NCBI GenBank assembly: GCA_051453625.1
Contig: JBOZIK010000001.1
Span: forward strand, 47,674,809 to 47,738,808
From: Welwitschia mirabilis
Lineage: Eukaryota
Length of the DNA stretch: 64,000 bases
Reading direction: 5' to 3'
In this document: one piece after another, positions 12,704-26,398 of the stretch
How positions within the stretch are numbered: position 1 is the first letter of the stretch
Layout of the letters: every line of letters starts with the position of its first letter
Translations under genes and position numbers: made by a program
Notes under the pieces: model-generated
What the model saw: the letters and a program-made list of their open reading frames with translations, nothing else
Database searches by the model: none
What the model was told of the DNA's origin: nothing

Positions 12704-14899
12704 ATGCCTTTGATATCAAATCTAAGTATTAGATTGATGTGAAAAATAACATCTTCAACAGAAGCACCAAAATCAATAGAAGCACTGAATCACTAAAGTT
12801 GATGATGAAAGTATCAAAATTAGTGGAAGTACTAAAACATAAAACTTACGATAGAAGAGTTGAACTCGATGAAAACATTGAAATATAAGACTTACCATGG
12901 AAGCATCAAAATTGACTGGAGCACCAGAACACAAGACTGACAATGAAACCATCAAAATTAATGAAAGCACTGAAACATAAGAGTGGATTAACTATATTTA
13001 TAGAACTTCTCTAATAATTTAGATATGAGAAAAAAATATCAAAAGAAATGTCCCATGCCACTCTTAATGGCATTATTTCTCTATATAATTATGTAATTCT
13101 TTAATGAATTAAGGTGTCTTATTCCATTTTAGGTCACCTTTGATAATAACAAATTTTTATAATAGTATTATATCCCAGTTAAATAATAAAACTTGTTTTT
13201 TTTAAACTTTTCTTTATATACACTATCAAAACATGTATTTACAACTAAGAAAATTTATCATGTGTTAATTAGACTTATATCCAATGATGTTTTTCATGAC
13301 CTCGATCTAAAACATAAGTTCTTGATGTTGATGATCTTCTTTATTATGCACTCTTTCATTTTTTTCCAATCATTTCCACCATTTTACCTCTTAGACTTCA
13401 CAGTGTTATGTTGATCTCTATTTCATTCTTTATCAAGAAATAAGAACTAGCATGGAAATGGAAAGTGAAGTTAAGGGAAAAAAAAAACTCTATGAAGATT
13501 TTTAGTATAAGACTGATCTCTTATTGTCTAGTAATTTAATTCACTTATTAAATAGGGCAAAATTCATTCACCAGTATAGACTTTTGATGAGCTATTTTCA
13601 TCTTCTAAAGAACTTTTCCAAATCTTCATTGTGAGATTATTTTCAATGTCTTCTTTACAGGGGATTCTTTTCCCTTTCCTTGACATAGCTTAATCCCTTA
13701 AATAACTTTTAGCATTGGTCTCTTGAGAAGGAAATCCTTCTTTACCATGGTCTAGCCCTTCAAAATGATTAGCACTTAGTAAAACGCTAATCCATTTTGG
13801 TAACCAAATCAAGTTTAGATTACAACCCCATAAGAGATAAAAATCTATTCATTAGGAGAACTAGAAGAAACATGAAGTTCTACAACTTTAAGATTTGTGT
13901 AGAATTTGAAAAAGATTTTAGAAGTATAATGCCTTGATTTATGAATCATATTGTCACAAAAGCTAGAAGAAATCATTAAAACAAAAATAAAGATGATTTG
14001 ATTATTACAAAGGAACACAAAATTGTCATTTAGCATAGGATAAATCATAGTAAGATAAAGTCACTCAAACCTCAAAACCAAAAGTGAAAACTTCACTGGA
14101 TTCACACAATTGTGATTATGAAGACAAAAATAAATGCTTGTAAGATGAGTCCTAAGCAAATGCTACTAAAATAAGCCAAGGAAAGCACTAAACAAATCAA
14201 GCATACATAAACACAAAATTTTAAAAGCTAGAGTTATAGTCAAAATTAATTTTAAAAAAATATAAACCAAATCAAAAAAGTATTAAAATTAACATTTTGA
14301 GATGTATTGCCAAAGAAACAAAAAAATAAAAAGAAGAAAAAACTAAATGGAGCATGACATGTTTAGTATCGATACTTCCCCCTCCTTTCTTTTTGTTGTT
14401 TCTATAGATTTATATTTACTAGAAGTTATATTCCTCTCAAGAGTTGCCAAGATGGATAAAGATACATTTGATGAAATAAAATTGGCTATGGATTTTAGTG
14501 CTATAATTTTAGCACTCAAAGATTTCAGTGATTTTTTCTATGAAGTGATAACACATTAAAGGCTAAAGGCTCTTAGAACTTCAAATGATCTTTCATAAAG
14601 ATGAAGGATGCTTTCTTTTTATAGACTATAATCATTTTAGGATGAAGCCTTCAAGAATGGCCTTTGTGAAAACTGAATTAAACTTCTCATAAAGAAATAT
14701 GCTTTAAGTAGTCACCTCTAATAATAAAGGATTTGAAGAAATTTGGTAGGTGCATACTACTGAAACATGATTATAAGAAGATCTTCCCTTCGATTTCCAA
14801 GATTTTAAAGGATTTTTTGTAAAGCAAGATCCCTTCGCTCATGCTCGGGTACTAATTGTAAAATTTAAAAGCATGAAGAATGGACATAAAGAGGGGGAT

Positions 14900-15116
14900 A
14901 AATCTTAGAAGATGCGTAATTGAAATATCTTGATGATTTCATTGTTTAGAAATGAGTTTACACAATAAGTTTTTTTCATCTTTGTATAACTACTTAACTA
15001 ATTTCACTTCTAAACTTTTGGATCTCGTCCATCATTATAGAACAAATCAAAAATTGAGGCTTATAACAAACACTAGATTTAATTCATTGGCATGCCCATG
15101 TGCAATTTTATTAAAA
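14900..15116 (+). repeat. Dispersed direct repeat, copy 2 of 12486-12703
   Basis: Same blocks in the same order as copy 1, diverged mostly by transitions. Confidence 0.8.
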
Positions 15117-18100
15117 ATAAGAAAATATAAAATAGATAAAAGTAGGGATTTTAATGTTTAACTTGATTTTCAATAAAAATCACTTATTTTCCTTTGTTTC
15201 TCTCATTAATTATAACCTAAGATTTTTTTCACTTTTTTACTTTATAAAACCCTAAGCCTTATATTATGTTATCACTTCTCTTCTACCTTAATCCTCATTA
15301 TTCTTCTTCTTAGGCCTTGCTTCTTAATCTTTACATCAAGTAATAGCTACCTTTATCATTATTATCCTTAGCCTCAAAAATTAACATTGCCTCATTACCC
15401 TGCTCCTAAATTGTGTTTTCACCATAATGACTTCTACATAGATGTTTCATTAAGCGATGGCTATCTTATCAAAGTCCTCTATGTAGAAATAATCACTCCC
15501 TGCTTTCACATCATGTGACTATAATGCCCTTGCATTATATTATCACTGTGCACTTGTCTTACATTATTGTCAATGCTCTTAGAGCTATTGCATCTGAGCA
15601 TTTTATAATTATAGATATAAATTCTTTATTTTAAAACAATAATAGCTTAAAGGGATAAAGAATTCCATCATGATTTTTTAACCAATAGTAATCTCATACA
15701 AAATTTATTTACATCTATAGTTTAAATAAACTTTATAGAAAGACTTCAAGCTCATGATCATAACATTTTGAAAGAATTTATCAATAACCAAGATGAGGAG
15801 TAATATTGGATTTATGATGCTAATTTCAATGAATCTATCATAGAAGAGGCTACCAAATATGATGAATAAGGCTATGAAACCAACATAGATATGGATCTTA
15901 CATCTTTAAAAGACAGATTTTATCATCTAGCAAATGTAATGCTTGAGAGAGTAATAGGCCATTGTAAGAAATGTTGAATTTCAATCTAAAAATAATTCAC
16001 TATGAAAGGCCATTTTGATAAGTTTATTAAGTATCATCTCTATTTCATTATGTTAGTGGCCAATAAATTTTACATAGACCTTTATTTAAGTATTAAAAAA
16101 TCATCATGAAGATCTAATTATACTAGGATGAGGTTAGTTTAAAATGTTATTGAGATCAAATGATCCTTAAGCTTCAATTTTACTAAGTTTTTATTCATCT
16201 TAAGACTTCCTATCATTTCATCACCTCACCTATTATGTTTTTATAATCACTACTTCCTTACCTGTTCTTTATTCTAAACCGAAGATCATCTACCATGGAA
16301 AACTAGTGCTACTTTGAGACCTCAACAGTGTTGTTGTCAACTTCTTCCTATTCACTTTATTTTTTCACACACAACCTCTTATTCAAATTCATAGTCATCT
16401 TAGGTCATTGGCAGGTCATGATCTTTTATAGAAATAGATTGTAACTTACTTTTCATCCATTTTCCATCTCATTTCAATAATTCCTTCATCATCTTCATTT
16501 TTATCTTTTTTTCATTTTTGCTTCTTCTCCCTCTTAACTTTTCATCTTTCATTTATCTCTATCTCTTTTACCTATAACAGTCATTTTTAGAGCGTTATCA
16601 CTTAGTGATTTCTCATAGAATTTCCTTCTACTTTATCCATTTTTTAGCATTTACCTTTTTCTTTTATATGCATTATAGTTTTATTTTGCATTTTTTTTAT
16701 TTTTCTTTCTTTAGTTTCAATAAAATAACATGTAATGAAGAATCTTCCTTCTAATGGGGTATCAACTTGTTTTCAAATTCTACATCAAATTTTTTTAATC
16801 TTTTTAAACTTTGAGGGCAAAGTTCAATTTTGGTTAGAAGTATGACATCCATTTTCAAAGAANNNNNNNNNNNNNNNNNNNNNNNNNNNNNNNNNNNNNN
16901 NNNNNNNNNNNNNNNNNNNNNNNNNNNNNNNNNNNNNNNNNNNNNNNNNNNNNNNNNNNNNNNNNNNNNNNNNNNNNNNNNNNNNNNNNNNNNNNNNNNN
17001 NNNNNNNNNNNNNNNNNNNNNNNNNNNNNNNNNNNNNNNNNNNNNNNNNNNNNNNNNNNNNNNNNNNNNNNNNNNNNNNNNNNNNNNNNNNNNNNNNNNN
17101 NNNNNNNNNNNNNNNNNNNNNNNNNNNNNNNNNNNNNNNNNNNNNNNNNNNNNNNNNNNNNNNNNNNNNNNNNNNNNNNNNNNNNNNNNNNNNNNNNNNN
17201 NNNNNNNNNNNNNNNNNNNNNNNNNNNNNNNNNNNNNNNNNNNNNNNNNNNNNNNNNNNNNNNNNNNNNNNNNNNNNNNNNNNNNNNNNNNNNNNNNNNN
17301 NNNNNNNNNNNNNNNNNNNNNNNNNNNNNNNNNNNNNNNNNNNNNNNNNNNNNNNNNNNNNNNNNNNNNNNNNNNNNNNNNNNNNNNNNNNNNNNNNNCT
17401 CATACTTGAATGACTTTCTTTGGAAATTTTCCATATTAAATCATTCTTTTTCACACTTTTTGCTAAGAGTCTAATAAACGCTTAGTTAGGAATGTGATAA
17501 CATGCAAAAATTAACATTCAGACTAAGTATATTAGATAAATTTAGCTTAGAGAAGACATTAAATTAACTCTTCTGCCATTTTAAACATAGTTTATGAACT
17601 TATGCATTTCCTCGTAATTTGTTACATTTTGGATGACATATTAAAGTTTAGAGATAATTTAGTGGAAAACATTAGTGTTGTCATCTAGGTCATTGGGGTA
17701 ATAGTTATTTGGAATAAAATACTTCAAGAGTTACATTTTGGAGTTGTCTTAGCAAAGTGATCAATTTTTAGTTATGGGGTTAAGTAGTTATAACACCAAA
17801 CTCTAACAAAATGTATGGCTATAAAGTGTTAAATCTTTAAATTTAAAATCTAAATTATAAAACCCTAGTTTTTGGAATCCTAACACTATTTTCACCTCTA
17901 ATAAGGACCAAGCACCCTCATTTGTAAAAATTCTTTAGCTGATGAAAATAGTTGAAACCTTAGAGTGTCAATCGCTAATGTGTCTGTCTAGGCTTTTCTC
18001 TTGGGAGCAGGCTAGCTTCAAGGCTAGCTTTGATGAGTTGGTATCAACTTGTTCTTCTTTCTTCAATGTAATCTAATTCCTGCTTTTATATAAAATAGAA

Positions 18101-18599
18101 ATAGTTTCTCATCTTTGATTTTAAGTTTCAATTAGCATTATACTTTTAGTGTTTAAATTAAACTACATTATTAAGTACTTTTATTTATCAAGTAAGTTTG
18201 TTTAATTTATTTCTTCATTTCAATCATCTTATTTAATGGTTCTTGAAAATTTTAATTCCTACTTTCTATGTTATATTAGGTTATGAAAGACCAAAGTGAC
18301 TGAGAGATTCACCAACACTCATGTGGTGAATGAAATTATGTTACCATGATCTAAGCCACAATAACTTGACAATCTAAGGTTTATTTTAGGAATTTATAGT
18401 ATATTCTTAAAGTGAAGGCCTATTGTTAGATGATTTAAGTTAGACATTTGAAGTCAGCTCATTTTCCTACTTTTGCCATCAAACTTGATCTCATCTCACT
18501 CTTGATTTTTATTTTTTTTGGGAATCCTTTCAAGTAAGAGAAGTTTGTGTCTTTTCTATTTAGTTTTTGACCTTGATTTATTCTTGTGAAAAAAATGAC

Positions 18600-21500
18600 A
18601 TTAAGATTCTACTATAATGTGAGTCTTGATTTATAAATTATAAAAACCAGATATGAACAGTAAGGCTATGATAAATATTCATTCAAGCATGGCTAATAGT
18701 GAATTTAAGAAAATTAGTAAATCCAAATTCACCGAGGTTATAGATAGGGTTAGGTGAGGTATATCAAGGCCATGAGCAACTTGAAGTCCATTAGATTATA
18801 GATTGTAAAATCTTAGAATCAAATTTGATACTATGAAGATGAGGGACAATTAAAATNNNNNNNNNNACAAAGTAAAAAACAATGATGTTCCATCAAAATA
18901 TTAAGATCCCTTATAAAATCATTCAAGCCTGAAGCCATCACCCTTCGTATTATCTTAGATTTAAGAATCCTCTTTTTAGAAGAACTATATGGTAGGCTTG
19001 TTCAATATGAGCTCATCTTAAAAAATATGAGGAAGAAAATGCTACCATTTTAAAGGAATTTAACGATGGTAGAGATAGAAGTGGTTATAGAGGAAGAGGA
19101 TAATATGATGAAAGAGAAAGAAGTAGAGGCCAAGGTAAAGGTCCAAGAAAAGGACAAGGAAGAGGCCAAAGTAGTGGAAGAGTTAGTTTTAATTTTGAAA
19201 ATGTCCCATTGTACTCTAACTAAAAATAAACTAAGGAATGTTATTATAACAACAAAAGAGGCCATTTTATCAAGGATTATAAGGAAAAAAGATGGAGTAA
19301 TACAAATAAAATCAACATAGTAGAACAAATTAAATCCTCTAAGCAATCTGAGTTAGAAGAGAAAAGTAAATCCAAATAAGAGAAAGAAGTTAAGGTGGGA
19401 GGATTTATGGTTGAAACATAAATAGATTCGATCTAATGCTCTAATAAATCAACTTTTTTCTACATCGATAGTGGATGTTCAATGCACATTACTTATCAAA
19501 AGCATTTATTGCATGAATTTATTGAATAAAATCATGGAGTTATACTATTTAGAGGAAGATCCTCATAAGAAATCAAAGGTCATGTCATCCTTTGTATTAA
19601 AAATTGCAAAGGTGAGAATTTTTCCATTCATGATGTTTTTCATGTTTTTAATGCATATTACAATCTTATTAGTTTAGGGAAATTAATTGGAAATGATTTT
19701 AAAGCTAAGTTTAATAATGAAAACTACATCTTTTACAAAGGAAAACAAATTCTAGAAGTGCCCAAAATGAGAAACAATTTGTATTAAATCACATTTGAGA
19801 AAGCTTCAATTTCTAGCAAAGAAGATTTTAGGCATGACATATAAAAATAGGCCACATCACATCTAAATACATAAAGGAAATAATTCAACACAATATTGTT
19901 ATGGGTTTTTCTCAATTTCCAAATTGGACCAATCAATACATGCATGAAAAGATTTCAAGGTAAGCAAAGAAGGGTCTCTTTCCAGAAGTCTTAGCTAGGT
20001 CATCTCAGAAATTGTTTTGGGTGTATTTAGACCTTTTTGATCCTTTCATTGCTCTAAGTGTAAGTTGTTATAAGTATTTTATTCATTTATTGATGATTTT
20101 TGGGATTATTCATGTTCATTTCTTGAAATATAAATCTCAATATTTATAATATTTTAAAGTTTTTAAAGATGGATTGAAAGAGAAACAAGTGCTAAAATCA
20201 AGTGCTTAAGAACTGATACAGAAGGTAAGTATTTATCAAATGAATTTTAATCTTGTTTGCAAAATAATGGCATTATTTTTCCATTGATAACAGCTTATAC
20301 TCCATAATAAAATGAATTCATCTAAAGGAAAAATAGCTCTCTAGTAGATATTGCAAGAACCATGTTTCTTTAAGTTAATCTTAATAAATTCTTTTGGATT
20401 GAGGTAATCAATATAGTAAATTACCTTTAAAATTACATGTTGAAAAGGCATCTTGTTTACTTGACCTTGTATGAATCATGGTATGGTATTAAACCCAATT
20501 TGTCTCATTTGGAAATATATGGATCTAAATTCTTTATTAAAAATAAAAAAGCTAGATAAGACAAATTGAAATCTAGATCTAGGCCATGCATATTCCTTAG
20601 ATATGCAAGTCAAAGAAAATCGTATAGATGTTATGATCCAAATTCAACAAAAAATTTAGAATTCACTGAGTTGAAATTTATGTCTTCAAAAACATTTAAT
20701 ATTGACTCTAATTCTAGTAGTGATATTTTAAATTCTAATTCTTATGATATTGATTATAGTGATTCTAATGATAATGGTGAAAATGCAAAGCATTCAAATT
20801 CCTATTCAAATCTTAAATTGAAGAAAGGTATGAATTCTAAATTCAATTAAGTTCCCATTTAACGTAAAAATAAGCTTAGAAATTTGTCTAATTATTGGAT
20901 TAAAATCTTGATGTTTAATCTAAACATAAGAGCCTAACCTCTCATCATAACCAATCTAACATATAGGTCCTAGTGATGATCTAATAAGAATAAGAAGTCA
21001 ACAAAATCTTGATGCAATCATAAAGGAAAAGGCATGCAATGACATTTTTAAAAATTATATAGCTTTAAGTTATGAATCTTTAAATTAAGATCTTATTTGT
21101 TTCAAGGAAGGTGTAAGACACCCATATTTAATAAAATCAATGGAGAAGAAAATCTCCTACATTGAAAAGATAATACATGGATTCTTGTTCCCCAACCATA
21201 AAACAAAGATGTCATTAGTACTAAAGGGATTCAAAGTAAGTTTAATTCCAATAAAACAATTAATATACATACAACTCATCTTGTTATTCTTGGATATGTG
21301 CTAGAATCAAGCATAGATTATGATGAAACCTATATTGCTATTACTTGTCTTGAATTTATAAGAATGTTTCTTTCTTATGCTTTAAAAATTTAAATGACTC
21401 TTTGGCAAATTAATGTCAAATCTAAATTCTTAAATGGGATTCTTTAAGAGGAGCTGTACATCTCACAACTACAAGATTTTATCAAAGAAGGTATAGAATA

Positions 21501-22600
21501 TCATGTTTACTTATTAAAAAAGAAACTTCATGGTTTAAAACAAGTTCTAAGAGTTTGGTTTTTAAGGTTAGATTCCTATTTATGAAATCATGATTATAAG
21601 TAATATCATCTAAACATACCTTATATAAGAAAGTCACCAAAGACCATTTCATTTTTGTCTTGAATTATGTTAATAACAGAATCTTTGATGGCATAGATAA
21701 AAATATGATTAAAAAATTTAAGATTAACATGAAAATAGATCTTGAAATAATATATCTTAGAAAACTTTCTTAATATCTTAAGATTCAAATATTGCAAACC
21801 CCAAGAGGTATATTTTTAAATCAAGGTAAAAATTATTTTGATATGTTCAAAAGGTTTGATATGCATGAGTGCAAACCCATGATCATTTTCTTGCCAACTA
21901 ATCACAAAATCAAAAGAGATAGAGAGGGAGATAAGATCGATAAACATATTTATAAATCCATGATTGGTAATTTAATACTACCACACCTCTTGACATTTAA
22001 TATGCAGTTGGTCTTATATCAAGATTTATGGTTTATCCAAGAAAGCCTCATCTTAACATGATTAAAAGAATTTTACATTATGTTGAAGGAACATTAAATC
22101 ATGGTTTATTTTATGAGGCAAATAACAATACATAACTTGTTTTTTAGATTGATGTAGATTGGACTGAGAGTCTTAATGATTAAAAGAGCACTGTAGACTA
22201 CAAAATGCTACTTACTAATAACCTCTTTTCTTGGACAAGGGGGGGAAAAATCCATATGTGGTTCATGACTATCTATTTAGCAAGCCAATAATTAATATGA
22301 CTTGATAAGATATTTGAACATTTCACAATTCTTATTGACAAGCAAATACATCTATTATGTGATAGTTCTTTTATCATTATACTTTTCAAGAATCTTATGA
22401 TGCATGCAAGAACCAAGCACATTGATATCACCTTTTATTTTATTAGAAATCTAATTGAAGTTGGGCTTCTAATTCTTGATTATTACCTTTCAAAACTATA
22501 ATTGGTCACTTTCTTTACCAAGGTTATTAAAAAGGCACAATTCCCAGATCTAAGGGAAAGACTCAAGATTCTTAATGTTAAGGTCAAGAGAAAGTAATCA
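18600..22600 (+). mobile_element. Degenerate Ty1/copia gag-pol (LTRs not resolved)
   Basis: Decayed zinc knuckle CYYNNKRGHFIKDY (~19240); protease YIDSGCSMHI (~19461); integrase IKCLRTD..GKY (~20197); LKSRSRPCIFLRY; RT GLKQV.RVW (~21532); RNase H D.DW and HARTKHIDI (~22403). Domain order is PR-IN-RT-RH. Confidence 0.9.
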
Positions 22601-23484
22601 TGATGATAAAACACCTAATAAGTTTGGATTGTCTCAACTATAAAGATGGTAGCATTTCTAGTTTAAATTTTTGCTTATTTCTTTCACTTCGTATATGGGT
22701 GTACTTTCCAATTCCTATTTGAGTTCTTACTATTTGTGATTAATGTGTTTTACTCATCCTATTGTGCCCTTAATTGCAAGGAATAGTTTCATGAAAGAAA
22801 TTTATAGTGCTATCAAAGGTGTAATAACTTACATGGACAATTTCCTGCATGTCATTTGCAAACATGACACTCTCTTGACATTTGATATATTAGTGTTATA
22901 CAAATTCCTATATTTGTGGAAATTCTTATATTTAAGGTTTTATGTAAATTCCTATGCTTAACAATGCAATGGGGAAGAGTTGGCAATTTAAAATAAATTA
23001 AAAAATAGAACATTTGAAGAATTTGTGCATTATATAAAAATTACTTAAACCTTGACTCATTCATGTTATTAACTTTAAAAATTAAAAAAAAAGATTGAGT
23101 ACACAACATTATTTATGATTTTCAAAGTTCAGTCTCCTCCCTGTTTTTGGTATGTTATTTTATCTAGTACTTAATAAATGTACAATCCTATGTAATATTT
23201 ATTCCATGTTTTTAAAGTTACCATCTAAAGAATGAATTCAATTTGGATTGATAAGAATTTTTAAAAATTTATTTTTTCATGGACTTTGAGTAAAGAATCT
23301 CTTCTAATCTCTTTAATCAAATATTTAATGACTTTTGATTTTGCCCTTTAAAGCTAGTGGTAACTTTGAGTTGATCTTAATGAAGTAATTAAATAATAAG
23401 AATTTTTTAAAACATGGTTAGAAAACTCAAACAATTGAAGAAGTTCCATTCTTGTTATAAGTAACAGATGGCTTTAATAGCTGG

Positions 23485-23782
23485 TTTCTTTATTTATTTC
23501 TTGTAATGTTCACATGTAAACAATACATCAAGATAAGATATAATACACATAAACAAAAGTTAATTCCTAAAGATCAAGCGGTTCCATAGTATATTTAAAC
23601 AAATCTAACTATTTGTCCTATTTCATTTAGAGTTTTAATGTATAATAATGTTCTTGCTTAATATTTAAATTGGCTAACACTAAATTAAAGTTGTAGTATT
23701 GAAGTCCTGACATTATAAATAGATGGATATAATTAATTATATTTATATTTTACTTCAAATTAAGTTTGTGTTTAAGTATTTA
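23485..23782 (-). mobile_element. Partial inverted copy of the MITE-like element at 28197-28648
   Basis: Matches the reverse complement of about 28232-28515, e.g. TATTTAAACAA(A/G)TCTAACTATTTGTC and CATTATAAATAGATGG-TATAATTA-TTATATTTATATTTT. Confidence 0.8.
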
Positions 23783-24919
23783 TAATGTTATGACTAAATG
23801 TTGGTATAGTGGCAAAGTATTGTAGCATTTAAGAGGAAGGTCTCAGGTTTAATTCTTGATGGATGGTAAAACCCCAATTTTTATAAATGTAATGTTTATA
23901 TTTTATTGAATGTCTCCACATTACATTTTGATATCAGAGCCATAAGATCACTAGTAATGTGGAGCTTGAGGATGAGCTCAATGTTAAGGTAGGTCGATTT
24001 ACATAGAAAAGTGCCTTAGCATTTTGGGTTGAATGGATTACTAGCTATGTCATCCTTTATGACATAACCCTGATTTGTTTTAGGGTCTTAGATTCTTAAA
24101 TTCTCTTAATCTGAAATTCTTTGAGCAAGATTAATTATATCTTTTAGTAACTTTAATAATATTTGCTTATACTTATGCTCTATAACCCATATATGTCTTT
24201 AACATTGGCTTGACTATAAACTCTTATTTATATTTTACATGTTATGTAGCTTGATTAGTATTCACTTAATTATTAATAATAATAGTTACCTCACCTTTAG
24301 TTATTCCATTTATTTTTTTAAGCTAAACATATAACTTTGGACTTATTCTACACATTTTATCCTTGACTTGTTAAGTTCTATATTGAGCATATTAACTTTT
24401 GAAGAAGAGATTCAACTAGATTATGTAAGAAAAAGTGTCAGAGAGGCATTGAAAGAAGCACATATAAAAGGTGTATAGATTGGAAGAGACTTCCAATTTA
24501 TGAACTAAGGCTTGAGGTATTTCTACATCTTTAGAAATGAGTGTTATAATTTGGAGTGTAAGATTGTTTTGTTGCAATATTTGATTTATAGTTTTGGATT
24601 TAATAATATAAGTTTATTTTCGCTTTTGGTTGTAGCAAGAAGATCATTGAGTTAGTTTGGTTTATAAAATTGAATGGTTCTCAATCATCTATAAGTACAT
24701 TCAACTATGCTCTTTTTCTTTACAAAACAATTATGTGATCTTTATATATCATATTATAAGAGATATGCTAGTTTATAACATTGTTCCTAATCTGATAATC
24801 ATTATGACTATAGGAAATGAAAAAGGTCATGTATAAAAGAATTTTGGATGAATGTTAAAGTTGATATACATATATAGTATAACTTTTAAAACACATATCA
24901 CGAATTCAAGTGAAGGGTA

Positions 24920-25200
24920 GAGGAAGAAAATAATTTCTAGAGGCTTAATCATTATAGACATAAGAGATGATTAGTGTTATTACGATGATCAATATCTTTG
25001 ATTAACAATCCTATAGACAACATTCCACATGATATGGCATTGAAGAAAGATAAATTCAACTTTGTAAGTACAACGATTAGAAGAAATAGAAGTAGAAGCT
25101 TCTTAGGAATATAAAATATATGTAGTATAGTGAACAATTAAGCTTTCTTATTCAAGTTTCAAGGACAAAACATTTTAAGGTGTGGAGGAATGTCATGTCC
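24920..25200 (+). mobile_element. Gypsy (chromovirus-like) 3' end: decayed chromodomain region, PPT and LTR start
   Basis: Ends in TTTCAAGGACAAAACATTTTAAGGTGTGGAGGAA|TGTCA, which resembles the Tekay/Del-type pre-LTR signature. It is preceded by a decayed E-A-S-(W)-E motif. LTR-like sequence with TATAAATAGG at ~25650 follows. Confidence 0.55.
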
Positions 25201-26398
25201 AAACTTTCAAGGTTCAAGATTCTAAATAATTCTTAACATCATAGATCCTCAAGCTAGTTTAATTATTGCATGTATTTATTATCTAATTTTCCATGGTGTG
25301 ATTTTATCATGAAAATTTTGTGCTATAATTCCTCACATTTTTATAGTACTCATAATATTACCTTTGTTCAAAATTATTAGTAATTTAATTATGATTATTA
25401 TTAGTTAAATTATTGTAACTATTGTACTTTATGTATTTTAACTAGAAAATAGCTTTTATGTGGCTTTTAGAAAGTACGTTTTATTGTAATAATTACATAA
25501 TAAGTGTTGTTATTTATTGTCAAGATATTAATGCACCTAGTGGTATGACAAGGAATTGAATCAGGGGGTTATAGAGTCACCTTCACTATCCTCCTTTATG
25601 ATGGTGTCTCTTCATTTTCTCATGTTCTTTTACATTTTACATCTCTAACTATAAATAGGATCCTTTTCTCCTCTCATTTTGTATCTTGAGAAGCCTTCAT
25701 TATCAAACCTTAAAGCTTGAAAAATTATTTGAACCTTAGAGCCTTGGAATCTTTAGGAGTTCTTGAGTCTTCATTTTAATTCCTGTATAGTTTTATGGTC
25801 TTCATTTCATTCTTGTATGATTTTTAGTTTATTATTTATTTTCTTGCATGGTCCTTATATTTTTCATCTTGAATAGTATTTATTTTTGAATGATTTAAAT
25901 CTTTGTATAATTCCTATAAGGTTGTTCTTACATATCGTTTAAATATTACTTATCACATATACCTCGTGATAGTGTTTTCTTTAGAACTTTACATGCAACC
26001 ACTATGAGTTGTTGTGAATTTGACTTGCTTAGCTATTAATCTTAGCTTAAAAATATCTAAATAAGAAGTATAAAACTGACAGATGTAATTATTTGTTCAA
26101 ACTTTAGGGAGTGATACTCTTTAAAGGGAGTCTTAAGGTTATGGGACTAAGCTTCTAGGATGAATTAAAAAAATGTGACCAATTTACCATTTGTTTCTTC
26201 TAGATTATATGCAATTGGATTACTGTAATCTATTATGGAGTAACAGTAAAGGAACATAAATTTTTAAATGGAGCCTAAATCGAATCTAGATTTTCTTGTT
26301 ATACCTTCTTCATTTGGAAACCCCATAACATTCCATACCTTGTCATTTACCATACTAGGAACTATGAAATTTTCATGGTTCTTACTCCATATTTCTTA

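Noticed and set aside
15700-16050. Possible Harbinger transposase fragment
   Set aside because: Only a vague resemblance, with no catalytic motifs or TIRs seen.
16751-17474. Long ORFs in the track made of X (also 31530-32075, 44892-45791, 47476-48563)
   Set aside because: Artefacts of assembly N gaps.
17488-18600. 5' LTR of the copia at 18600-22600
   Set aside because: I could not match it to sequence after 22600 or find a clean PBS.
19066-19320. Glu/Lys-rich ORF as a host gene
   Set aside because: It is an alternative frame over the copia gag Arg/Gly-rich region.
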